A stretch of DNA of 64,000 nt from Lama guanicoe (lineage: Eukaryota): assembly GCA_013239625.1 (NCBI GenBank), contig MU053934.1:12123413-12187412 (forward strand). The letters run 5' to 3'. A model generated the notes under the pieces. It was given only the letters and a program-made list of their open reading frames with translations. It did no database searches and was not told where the DNA came from. The translations under genes were made by a program, and so were the position numbers. Of this stretch, positions 38,119 to 49,849 are shown in pieces. The stretch's first letter is position 1. Every line of letters starts with the position of its first letter.

Positions 38119-40059
38119 CTGCAAAGCAGGATGCAGGAAGCCCGTGAGGGTCCCCGGAGACAAGGGCGAGGGGCAGCCCGAGAACGCCCTCCTCCCTCCC
38201 AAGGGGCGCCCGGAGTGTGACCTCGAGGAGACGTGCAGACCCCGATTTGAGGGTCGGCTGTGTGTGCACCCCTGGCCACCGTGCCTGGGGCCCAGTGAAG
38301 TCACAGAGAGGCAGAGCCCGGGGTCCTGGTGCCGGGGCCCCAGGTCAGGGTGGCCCTGCAGGCCCGTGTGGGCAGCCGACGTGCCCATGCCAGCAGGGTC
38401 CTGCAGCCGTCGTGGCTGGATGCCAGCTTAGTGTCCTGTGGGCTCGACTGTCCATCAGATGGGCTGGAGCCACAGCCCTGGCAGCAGTGGGGCCAGCTGA
38501 AGAGGCCACCAGAACTCTGAGGAATAGGGCAGGCGGGCAGCCCAACTGTTTGGGTGGGTTTAGAGCTCAGTGGTGCTTTACTGGCACCTGGGATGGAGAA
38601 ACTCGCTCCCAGGCCGCATCACACCCCTCCACAAGGGCGGACTGCAGCAGAGGAGGCTGTGCTGGGCTCCAAGGCCACCTGCCGCAGCCCACATGATGGC
38701 CCGGACGTGGAGCAAAGCTTCCTGGGACACAGTCGTCTGTGCGCAGTGTCCCACCCACGCCTGCTGAGGATGGGAGGCCACAGGGAGGGGCAAGGTGAAG
38801 TGTGGTAGTGTCCCTGATGGCCTGCGAGAGGCCCCCCACACATGGAGCTGTGTTTGGGGCACAGGAAAGCCGGAGCCCCCGATGGTGCAGGGAACTCGGG
38901 TGCCAGGTCAGACAGGCCTCCTTCCTGTTCCTAACTGGACACGTAAGGGGGCCCCCAAAGCCGCCAGGCCCACTTTTGTGGTGCACACTGTCTAACCCCA
39001 GGGTGAAGCCAGGACGTGGTGGAAACAGCAAGTCCCGTGCTGTCTGTTACCCTCTCGTCTGGCAGCAGAGACGTCCCCGGGTGCCGTGTGAAATAGGGCA
39101 GGTCCCCGGGAGCGTCCACCACGCTGGCCGGGGTCAAAGCTGCCAGGGAGACCAGCAGGTGTGTGGTGACGGGTGGACATCGGTGCAGTTCCGACTTGGG
39201 CTCAGAGGGAAGACAGGCAGTTGGTCCTGCTGCAGGGAGGGGTCCCCACGGTCTCTCCCCAGGGCATCCGAGCACCCGGCCCCCCAGCACCTGGGCAGGA
39301 TCATGGTGTCCTGTCCCGGGGAGGAGGGGATGGAGGACGGGGGAGCTGTTCGCCAGCCCAGCCTGGCCAAGTTCCGGGTCCCCGACACCACGTCATCAGC
39401 AGAGAACAAGCACTGTCCCCGCCGGTGCTGATAGGAAAGCGCCCCGCTGGCCCTGATGACGCACGCCTCGCGTGGAGACCCCGTGGGCCTCACTCAACTA
39501 GGAAGGAAGAGCGCAGACTGAACTGAACGTCCCCGGTCCCTAGGCGGGGTCACTGCTGCCACCCTGTGGCCACTCCTGGGACTTCGGCACAGCGCCCTCC
39601 TCAAGATTTGACCATTCTCATCAGGGGCCACCCAGGTCGGGACACAGACACTTCCAGCCCCTCCAAAGGGTGTCCTGGAGACCACGTCCTCCAGACCCCT
39701 GCCTGCTCCCGAGCAGGGACGCCTCCTGACCTTGGACGTCACACCAGTGGCTAGCTCCCCGGTGGAACCACGACAGCCACGGGTGGCGCTGCAGACGTGG
39801 CAGCTCCTCCTCACACCGCTGGTGCGTCCAGGTTAGGAATGACGTCTCTCTGAAGACCTGTGTCCTGTCTCCGCAGTAAACGCCTCGGCGCGGCAGAGCT
39901 GGGGCACAGGCACGCAGGCGCCTACGTTACAAGAGACTGGGGGCTTGTCTGAGCCGGCGGCACCAGCTTCCACCCCGCCAGCCACGGACGGGAGCCCGGC
40001 AGCTCACGAGCCGGCAGACCCTCAGCCGCTCCGGCGGGCGTGCGGCGGGGTCCGGGGAT

Positions 40060-41940
40060 TGAATCCGGCTTCTCTGGTCAGTGATGCTGAGTGCCCCCTG
40101 GTGTGCTCACTGGCCACGCGCTCTCTTCTTTGGGGAGGTGCCGGTTTAGGTCTTCAGACATTTTCAGTGAGGTGGTTTCTCTTACTCATTTACGGGGGTT
40201 CCTTACACGTTCTAGACACAAGGCTTCGCTGGATATGCGAAGTCTGTCTTCCCGTCTGTGGGTTGTCTTTTCATTCTGTTTGTAGTGTTTGCTGATCAAC
40301 AGAGTTCTTAATGTCAAAAAAGCAGTTTATCAACTATCATGATTAGTGCTTCAAGTGAACCGTTTAAGATCTTTGCCTTGCTTGTGGTCATGAAGATACA
40401 CTCCAACGTGCTATTATTTTTTTTAACTTTCATGTATCACATGATACGTCTCAAACTAACTTCTGTGTGGCTGTGAGGCAGGAGTCAAGGTACAGTTTCT
40501 TTTCATAAGGATGCTGATTGCTCAGGCCATGGATCTGTTTCTAGACTGGTCGGTTACACTGGTCTATTCATCTGCCTTGTCCCAACACCACGCTGTCCTA
40601 ATCACTGCAGATATACCTCCAAGGTAGCCTTCAGGGACGGAGCATATGTCCTCCGGTTTTGCTTTTCTTGATCGAAGTGGTCTTGGCTTTTCCTGAATCA
40701 CTTATGTATCCGAGTAAATTTCAGAATCACTTCGTCAGTTCCTCCCCCCCAAAAAATCCTCCCACGCTTCTGATTGGGGTTCCATTGAATCTACAGGTCG
40801 CTCGGGGAAAACAAACATCTCTATGCTGCTGAGTCTTCTAGTTCATGAACATGGTTTCACACACACACACACTTATTAGGTCTTTAATTTCTCTAATTTT
40901 ATAGTCTTCAGTTTAAGGTCTTCAGTATGTTTTGTTATATTTTTTCTGGGTATTTGTTGGTTTTGATGTTATTGTAAATTATATTTTTTAAACTCTGTTT
41001 TATGATTGTTGTAGAACATAGAAGCAGCAGACGCTCGTATACTGACCTGACACCTGCTGACCTTGCCGAGCTCACTTAGGTATGGCACTTTCTTTATGAT
41101 TTTTAAAGTTTCCTGCGTGCACAGTCAGGCCACCAGCAAATGAAGAGCTTTGTGCCTTGTCTCCCACGGTCACGCCTGCCCTTCCTCTCTCCTGCACTAC
41201 TGCCAACCTCAGCAGATCGCTCAGTCAAGACACAGCAGAAATCACGACAGTGGACATTTCTGTCTCCCTCTAATTTCAAGGGGACACTTTCAACTAACAA
41301 CCATTAAGAAATATGTTAGCTTTAGGATTTTTTCAGATAAACTGTATCAAATTAAGGAAGCTTCTTTTTTTGCTAGTTTGCTAACAAGAACAACAACAAA
41401 ACTTAACATGGTCCAATTGCATTTCATCAATGTTTTGCATCTGTTGAGATGATCATACAGTTTATTTCTTTATTCTGTAAATCTGTTGAAATTTACCTAT
41501 TTACTTTTTTCTAATTTCTTATGGTGGTAAAGTATACGTAACATAAATTTCGCTGCCTTAGCTATTTTTCAGTGTTCAGTTCAGTGGCATTAAGCACTTT
41601 CACATTGTGCAACCATTACCACCATCCACCTCCAGAACTCTTCATCGTAAAACTGAAACTCCGCACCCCCTGAGCAGTAACTCCCCATTCCCTGTCCCCA
41701 CCCACCCAGCTCCTGGGAACCACTGTTCTACGTTGTCTCTGCAATTTTGACTACTCTGAGTCAATATAAGTGGAATCATACAGTATTTGTCTTTCTGTGT
41801 CTAGCTTATGTCACTTACTACAATGTGTCAAGGTTCATCCATGTTGTAGCAAGTGCCAGGACTTCCTTCTTTTCAAGAATGAACAATATTCCACGGATGA
41901 ACTTTTGAATGTTAGACCAACTTTGAGTTCCTGGAACTCA
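40060..41940 (-). mobile_element. L1 fragments in reverse orientation, including a nested L1M 3' end at about 41510-41900
   Basis: T-rich + strand with reversed ORF2 phrases, and ttcagtggcattaagcactttcacattgtgcaaccattaccaccatccacctccagaac. Confidence 0.75.
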
Positions 41941-41959
41941 AGACTGGACATGAAGAAAT

Positions 41960-43375
41960 CAAGTTGTTTTCCTTTGTAGGTGACATAGCCTGTATGTAGA
42001 AAATCCTAAGGAACACACACACCCACACACACTACAAACTATTACAACTAATGAATGAGCTCACCAAAAATCAGTTACAAGATCAACATATAAAAGTCAG
42101 TTATATTTCTATATGCTACCAACAAAAAAAATCCTAAAAACTAAGAAATTAATTTCATCCATTATAGTATCAAAATAATAAAATATATAGGGATACATTT
42201 AACAAGAGAAGTATAAAATGTGAACTCAGAAGACTATAAAACACTGTTGATGCAAATTTTAAAGGACCTAAGCAAGTGGTGAAACAGTCTATATCTGCTG
42301 ATTGGAAGCCTCAGTATTATTAAAAACCAGAAAATACAACTTACAGAGACAGAAAAAGACTAGCGGCTGGGTAGGACTGGGGCTGTGAACACAGTGACTG
42401 AAAATAGGGACAAGGGACAGAAGTGGTCTAATACTGAATTGTGGTGATAGTTATACAATTGTGAATTTACTAAAAATTACTGAATTGTCCATTTACAATT
42501 AATGGGCTCTACGGCATTCAAATTATAATTCAATAAATGTATTTTAAAAACTTAAGCTTTGGGGGGAAGGTACAGCTCAGTGGTAGAGCACATGCTTAGC
42601 ATGCATGAGATCCTGAGTTCAATCCCTAGCACCTCCTCTAAAAAAAAAATAAACCTAATTACTTCCACCTTCACCAAACATAAAATAAATTAAATTAAAA
42701 AAAAAACTTAAGACAAACTGGAAGAAGTGGAAAAATTAAATTCCTCCTGTTTGAATACAAAGGTTTATGCTAGCAAAGACTGTCCAGCTGTGAACAGGCC
42801 AGACTGTTTGCTGACCAAGAGACTAGTTAGATTTTACATTAGTGCAACTAAGATTTATGACAATGCCATACAGCGGGAAAAAGAAATACTTTTCAATAAA
42901 TTGTAAGTTATTTCCAATACACATGTGGAAAGTATATCTTGAAACCTACCTATCACCATACATAAAAATCAATTCCAAATGGACTATATGTAAAAACATG
43001 TGAAAGATAAAACAGCAAATATTTTAAAAGAAAATATAGTAGCATTAATTCATGACTTGGAAAAAGCAAAGACTTCTTGAATAGTATTATAGGACACCAA
43101 TCATAAAGAGAAACTTAGATAGCTGGATTTCATTATGATTAAAGATTTTCACTCTATCAAAAGACACCATTAAGAGAGTGAAAAAATCCACAGAATGGGA
43201 GGCATGTGCAACACAAATGTCAGACAACAGAATCTATTAAAAAAAAAAACCCTGCAGAGCAACGCCAAAGAGACAAGACAATGGAAGAATGAGCAAGAAG
43301 CCTGAAGAGTGGCTTCACGAAAGAGCACATCCACATGGCTAATAAACAAGTCGCACAGTGATATAAGTAAGTGCC
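41960..43375 (+). mobile_element. Old L1 fragments containing the SINE at 42561
   Basis: tatgtagaaaatcctaagg, caagatcaacatataaaagtcag, cataaaaatcaattccaaatgga. Confidence 0.7.
42561..42701 (+). mobile_element. tRNA-derived SINE (camelid Vic-1-like) with target-site duplication
   Basis: A box cagctcagtggtagag, B box agttcaatccc, tail aaacctaattacttcc. TSD aaaaacttaag at 42546-42556 and 42702-42712. Confidence 0.88.
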
Positions 43376-43379
43376 TTCT

Positions 43380-46300
43380 TTTCAATAGCTACTTTAAATA
43401 TAAATGGGTTAAGCTCTCCAATAAAAAGACAGAGATCTGCAGAATGGATAAAAATGCATGATCCAATCATATTCTGTCTATAAGAAGCTCACTTTGGATC
43501 CAAAGACACAAATAGATTGAAAGTAAAAGGATGGAAAAGATATTCCATGCAAATAATAACTAAAGTGAGGAGATGTGGATATACTAGTATCAAACAGAAC
43601 AGACTTAGCAAAAAGTTACAAGAGCTGAAGAAGGACATAATATATTAAAAGGTTGTATCTTCTTCCAGCAAGAAGATATGACAATTATAAAAATGTATGC
43701 ACATAATGACAGACCATCAAAATATATGAACTTAAAACTGACAGAATTGAAGAAGAAATAGACAGTTCTTCAATAACTGGAGACTTCAAACCCCACAGTC
43801 TCAATAATGAATAGAATCACCAAACAGAAGTTAAGGAAACAGATGACCTAACACAGTAAATCAACCAGATCTAACAGAAGTATAGAGCACCCCACCCAAC
43901 AACATACACATTCTTCTAAAATGCACATGAAACATTTCCCAAGATAGACCACCTGCTAGGCCACAGATTAACTCTCAACAGAGTTTAAAAAGATAGGTAT
44001 CACATAAAGGGTCCTCTTTAATCACAGCGGGAGGAAGTTAGAAGCCAGTAACAGAAGTAAAACTGGAAAATCCCCAAATTTGTGGAAATTAAACAATACA
44101 TTCTTCAACAACCAATGGATCAAAGTAGACATCACAAGCGAAATTAGAAAATACTTAGAGATAAATGAAAATGAAAATACAATGTACCAAAACTCACGGG
44201 ATGCAGCGAAAGAAGTGCTAAGGGGGAAACTTACAGCGATAAGGGCTCACATTACAAAACGAGAGAGATCTCAGACCAACAACCCAACTTTACAACTTAA
44301 GAAACTAGAAAAAGAAGAACTAAACTCGGAGCTGGCAGAAGGAGGGAAACAACAAAGATCAGAGTAGAATTAATCAAAACAGAAAAGCAACAGAAAAATG
44401 AATAAAACCAGAAGTTGGTTCTTTGAAAAGATCAACAAAGAAAACAAACATTTAGCTAGATGGACTAAGAGAAAAACACAGAGTACTCAAATACTAAAAT
44501 CAAAAATGATACTGGGGACATCACTACTGATTTTACAAAAATAAAAAAGACTGTAAGAGAGAACTGTGGACAGCTGTACACCAGCAGTCTGGACAACCTA
44601 GGTGAAACACACACGTGCCCGGAAACAGCGAGCCTACCAAGACCAGGTCACGGAGACGTGGAGGGTATAAACAGACCTGTAGCCACTCAGGGAGTTGAGT
44701 CAGCAATCAAAAATCTCCCAGCAAAGTCCCTAGACATTATGGCTTCACTGAAGAAGTCCACCAAACATTTAAAAAACCAGTAACAGTCCTTCTCAAACTT
44801 TTCCAAAAAACTGAAGAGGCAGGAACACTTCCTAACTTGTTTTATGAGTTCAGGATTACCTTGATACCAAAACCAGGTAAAGACACTACAAGAAGCGAAA
44901 ACTACAGACCAACATTCCTTATGAGTATTGATGCAAAAAGTCATCCACAAAATACTAGAAATACTAGCAAACCAGATTCAGCAGTGTATTAAAAGGAGTA
45001 TACACCAAGAACAGGTGGGATTTATTCCTGGGATGCAAGTATACTTCAACATATGAAACTCAATCAATATAATATACCACATTAGCAGAACGAAGGGAAA
45101 AAACTACACAATCATCTCGATGCAGAAAAAGCATTTGACAAAATTCAAAATCTTTTCCTGATAAAAACACTCAACAAACTAGGAATAGAAGGCAACTAAC
45201 TCAACATAATAAAAGCCATATGTGAAAACCCACAGCAAACATCATACTCAATGATGAAACGCAGAAAGCTTTTCCTCTATTATCAGGAATAGGATAAGCA
45301 TGTCCACTTTCAGCACTCAGCATAATAATGGAAGCACAAGCCAAAGCAATCAGGCAAGAAAAAAGCGGCATTCAAACTGGAAAAGCAGAAGTAAAACTAT
45401 CAATGTTTGAAGATAATATAATCTTACATGTAGAAAATCCTAACAATTTCACCAAAAAAAAACCCTACCACAGCTAATAAACGAATTCAGTGAAGTAGCA
45501 GTAGACAAAGTCAACACAGAAAAGTCAGTTGCAGTTCTACACACTGACAACGAACAATCTGAAAAGGAAATTACAAAAACTATTCTACTTACAATTACAT
45601 CGAAAAGAATAAAATACCTAGGAAATAACCAAAGAGGTGAAAAGTACAATGAAAACTACAAAAAAAATTGCTAAAAGAAATTAAAGACTTAAATAAATGG
45701 AAACACAGGCCACATTTCTGAATCAGAAGATTTAACATTGTTAAGCTGTCAATTGTACCCAAAGCAATCTGCAATTTCAATGTAATCCCTATCAAAATCC
45801 CAATGCCATTTTTTTGCAGAAATAAAAAAGCCCATCCTAAAATTCACATGGAACCTCAAGGAGTCCCCAAAGAGCCAAAACAGGTTCTAAAAGGTGAAAA
45901 AAGCTGGAGGACTCACACTTCTTGTTCTCGAAACTTACTACAAAGCTACAGTAATCAGAGCAGTGTGGCACTGGCATAAAGACAGACATACAGACAGTGG
46001 GATAGAACAGCGATCCCCAAAACAAATGCTCAAATGACTTTTGACAAGGGTGCCAAGACTGTTCAATGGGAAAAGGATGATCTTTTCAACAAACGGTGCT
46101 GGGAAAACTGGACATCCACAAGCAAAAGAATGAAGTTGGGCCCCTACCTAAAACCATATGCAAAAATTAACTTGCTCAAAATGATCAAGGGCTTAAGTGT
46201 AAAGACCGAAAAATATAAGACCTTTAGAAGAAAATAGGACAAAATCTTTGTGACATTGGATTTCACAATGATTTCTTAGACACGACACCAAAGAACAAGG

Positions 46301-47070
46301 CAACAAAAGAAAAAAATAGACAAACTGGACTATAGAAAAGGTTTCTAAATTTATGTAATGAAAGACAACATCAACAGAGTAAAAAGGCAACTCACAAAAT
46401 GAAAGTGTTTGCAAATCATATATCTGATAGGGGGTTAGTACCCAGAATGTACAGAGAACGCCTAAAAGCCAACAACAGAACAACCTGATTCCAAAATGGG
46501 CAAAGGATTTGAACAGAAATCTCTCTAAAGAAGACGTACAGATGGCCAACATGCACAAGAAATGATGCTCAACGTCACTGACCACTAGGAAACGCAAATC
46601 AAAACTGCAGTGAGATACCACCGAGCCCCCCAAGATAAGGACTATCAAAACACACAGAAAATAAAAAGCGTTGGCAAAGACACAGAGAAACTGGAACCAC
46701 TGTGCACTGCTGGGAACGTAAAATGGCACAGCCACTACGGAAAACAGATGGAAGGCCCTCCAAAAATTCAAATTAGAATTACTGAGCCAGCAGCTCCACT
46801 TCTGGGTACGTACCCAAAAGAATTAAAAGCAGGATCTCAAAGAGACATTTGTACACCCGTGCTTACAGCAGCGTTGTTTACAATAGCTAAAACATGGACG
46901 CAACCCAAGCCCGTCAACTGATGAACAGATAAACAAACTGCAGTATGCACGCACAGTGGACTACTATTCAGCTTTGAAAGGGAGGAGACGTTGGTACACA
47001 AGTGCCCAGCACATCTGCAGCACAGGTGAAACGTGAGGACATGATAATCAGTGAAATAAGCCAACACACA
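43380..47070 (+). mobile_element. Near-complete but dead L1 ORF2 plus 3' UTR, antisense to TTLL8
   Basis: Endonuclease start (actttaaatataaatgggttaagctctccaataaaaagac). Translated pieces WKLNNTFFNNQWI...LRGKL, FDKGAKTVQWEKDDLFNKRCWENW, LLGTYPKELK. Many stops and frameshifts. Confidence 0.92.
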
Positions 47071-48130
47071 CTGTATTCAGGAATACGTGGAACATTCACC
47101 AAACAGGTTAGTGCTGGGCCAGAAGTGAGTGCAGCAAAATTCACGTTTATTCTTTATCCATAGTGGGTGTGTATACACACACACCGAAACCCCCCTTGAT
47201 CCTTATCTCTTACTTTACACAAAAATTAATATAACATTAGTTACTCATGGAAAGCTAGAAGTGAAAGGCAACAGTACAGTGTGCGGGAGAGATCACAGGG
47301 GAACACCCTCACAACCTTGAATAGAAAAAGGTTCCTTAACCAGGACCCTGAAGGCCCTGCCACAACAGGAAAAACTGCACACGGGACCTCATCAAAAAAT
47401 ACCACTCAGAGATGACAGACAAGGCACGCACTGGGAGAAGGCATCCTGAACGCACAGCTCCCACAAAGGACTTGGTGACAAATACTAGAGAACGCTTAGA
47501 AATCAGTCTTAAAGAGACAAACCACCTTTTTTTAATGAGCAAAAGATGTGAACAATCAGTTCCCAGAGAAGATGTCCGCGTGACCGTAAGCATCAGAAAC
47601 TGCTCAGCGCCGTCGTCAGACGAGCACAAACCAGGCCCGCGGAGATGACCAGCAAGAGGAAACCGGAGCGCCGTGGGCGAATCTGCGGGGCCGCGCGGGA
47701 AACCGTTCCAAACGGGGCGGCAGCGCCACTGCGCCCCGCGTCGGGCCGGCCGGCGCTCTGCGGTCGCTGCCAGGGCTGAAGACGGAGCTCCCGCCACCCG
47801 CACCGACGCGGGGAAGTCCCACAGGTTTTACGTCGTGCAGGAGCCACACCGAGCGCGCGCAGCCTGCACGGCTCCGTGCCCGTGAACTCCCACAGGGCCC
47901 CTGGGGGAGGTGGCGGGGGCCGGGGGCGTGGCGTCCGTGCGCGCTGCCTGGGGGGGGCTGCGGGGGCCTGGGAGCTGGGAGCCGGGGTGTCTTTTATCTT
48001 GATCTGGGCAGTGGCTACCCAGGGAGCACACGTGCAACCTTTCATCCACTGGACAAACACCCCTTTACTGTATTTATATCCAAGAAAAAAGAAAATACGG
48101 GATCCAAAAGAAGGAAGGAAGGAATAAAAG
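47070..48130 (+). mobile_element. Old L1 3' fragments, partly GC/CpG-enriched
   Basis: ccttatctcttactttacacaaaaattaat, gcaaaagatgtgaacaatcagttccc, and an L1-type end ttttatcttgatctgggcagtggctac. Confidence 0.65.
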
Positions 48131-48585
48131 AATGGAAACAACCCGGGATGGTGCATGTGGGCCGCAGGCAGACCCTCCAGACGAGGGCTCGCGGTTTCCT
48201 GGTCTGGGCCCTCGGCGACAGCTGCCCCGTCCCCGGTGCCAGCCCCCACTGCCCGAGCTCCTCTCTGTTGCCCCGGTGAGAGGGCGCAGCCCTTGGCAGA
48301 GGGGAGGAGAGCCAGGTTCAGCCTTTGGGCCCTCCCCCCCGACCCCAGACAGTGAGGGGCAGCTGAAGGTGGTGGAGACTCTGGAAGCCACGCAATGGCT
48401 CTGCTAGTCCCCACCACCCAGAGCCAGCAGGCGGTCTGGCCGCGGCAGAGACCCCAAGTCTGCTGGGGACTCCAATGACGCAAAGGACACAGAGGCTGGG
48501 AGGCGTTTACAGCAACATTACCCAAAGGCATCCCCAAGGGGTGTGGTCCTCTTATCAGCCAACAGTGAGCTGAGAACCCCAACTC

Positions 48586-48662
48586 CAAGACAGGCACCCC
48601 AACACCCAGACAGGTGCCCCAGCATCCAGACAGGCACCCCCCACCCACACAGGCACCCCACC
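48586..48662. repeat. About 20-bp imperfect tandem repeat, 4 copies (cagacaggcacccc..ca)
   Basis: Visible units agacaggcacccc, agacaggtgcccc, agacaggcacccc, acacaggcacccc. Confidence 0.8.
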
Positions 48663-48775
48663 TCCTGCAGGCGCCCAGACGCCCGCAGGCTGGACTCCCC
48701 TAGACGACTCCTGCCGGCTGCCCGAGACCTCCCGCCGGCGCACCGGGCCCCCCGGGGAGCTGGCCAGCATCTTAC

Positions 48776-48962
48776 CCAACGAGGGAGTAATACTGCTGGA
48801 TCAGGTCCTTCCACTCGTCCTCTGTCAGGTCCTCGGCGGCATCCTCAGAAAGGTCAATGTCCTTGTGTTCCAGCCGCCCCAGGTAGGCCTCGCACACCTT
48901 GCACGCGGCATCCACGAGCTGCCCCGAGAGGCCCATGAGCCTCGATCCCGTGCTCTCAGGAA
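48776..48962 (-). CDS. TTLL8: TTLL8 coding exon (V)PESTGSRLMGLSGQLVDAACKVCEAYLGRLEHKDIDLSEDAAEDLTEDEWKDLIQQYYSLV
   Basis: Acceptor ggatttcag|TT, donor TGG|gtaaga. 187 nt, phase 1 to 2. Contains the glycylase-type YLGxLEHxDID motif. Confidence 0.94.
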
Positions 48963-49849
48963 CTGAAATCCAAGCACAGGCACGTGGAGCCAGGGCCACA
49001 ACCCGCCCCGTGGAGAGGCACTGCTGGGGGTGCTGGCAGGGGCCATCCCCTCCCCCCAGCCGCAAGGCTTCACGGTGACGGCTCATGCCTCTGAGCAGCC
49101 AGCCTGGGTCCCAGACCTGGGTCTGGGCAGGTAACCTCTCCCCTCCCGAAGCCGCCCTTCCACAGCTCTGAGCGGCCCCTCCCTCCACCCCTCATTCCCT
49201 CCAGCCAGACTCTCAGCCCCTCGGATGGGAGTGAAGTGGCACTTCTGATGAGCTCTCCAGAAAACCCCACTCTTCTGAGCACAACAAACAGGTGTTCGTG
49301 AACAACCCCACTTGGGCAGTGATGCCCGCAAGCCCCACAGGGGCTGGAGGAGCATCTCCCTATCCATCCAGCGTGGCTCAGGCCCAGCACACGTGTGCTT
49401 GGCGGCTCTGTGTGTCTGGTCTCTCACACGGCATTTCCCTCTCCTGCTGGAGCCTGTGAGCCAAGATCACTGCTGGTCTGGGAGCATTGAACACAGGGAG
49501 GCCCTCCAGGTGAAGGTGGACCCCACGCATCTGGCTCCCAACCTCAGGCAGTGTCCTGCTCCTCACACAAAGCAAGCCGGCCCCCAGCCTGGATGAGAGA
49601 ATGGGCTGAGAACAAGCACTGCCGCGATGCTGCAGGGTAGGAGCCCGGAGAACAAGGTGTATGGAAACACCTCCACGGGCCGCAGGTACCGCCTGCAGAG
49701 GCAGCCCTGACGGAGCAGCCCCAGCAATCACGGACCCAGGACAGGGCACCTGAGCTTTGGGGTTGCTGCACAGACTGCAGGGTGCATTTTTAAATGTACT
49801 GAGGTGAGTTCACAAAACATTAAAATAACCATTTTTAAACTGAAAACCG

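Noticed and set aside
43380..47070. Active L1 ORF2 or a domesticated reverse transcriptase
   Set aside because: Broken by many stops and frameshifts. The longest pieces are about 100 aa.
47593..48648. Long GC-rich ORFs (351 aa here; also 14111-14968, 32154-33077, 55140-56027, 12038-12844)
   Set aside because: Low-complexity P/G/A/R composition expected in stop-poor GC-rich DNA, with no recognisable domains or splice structure.
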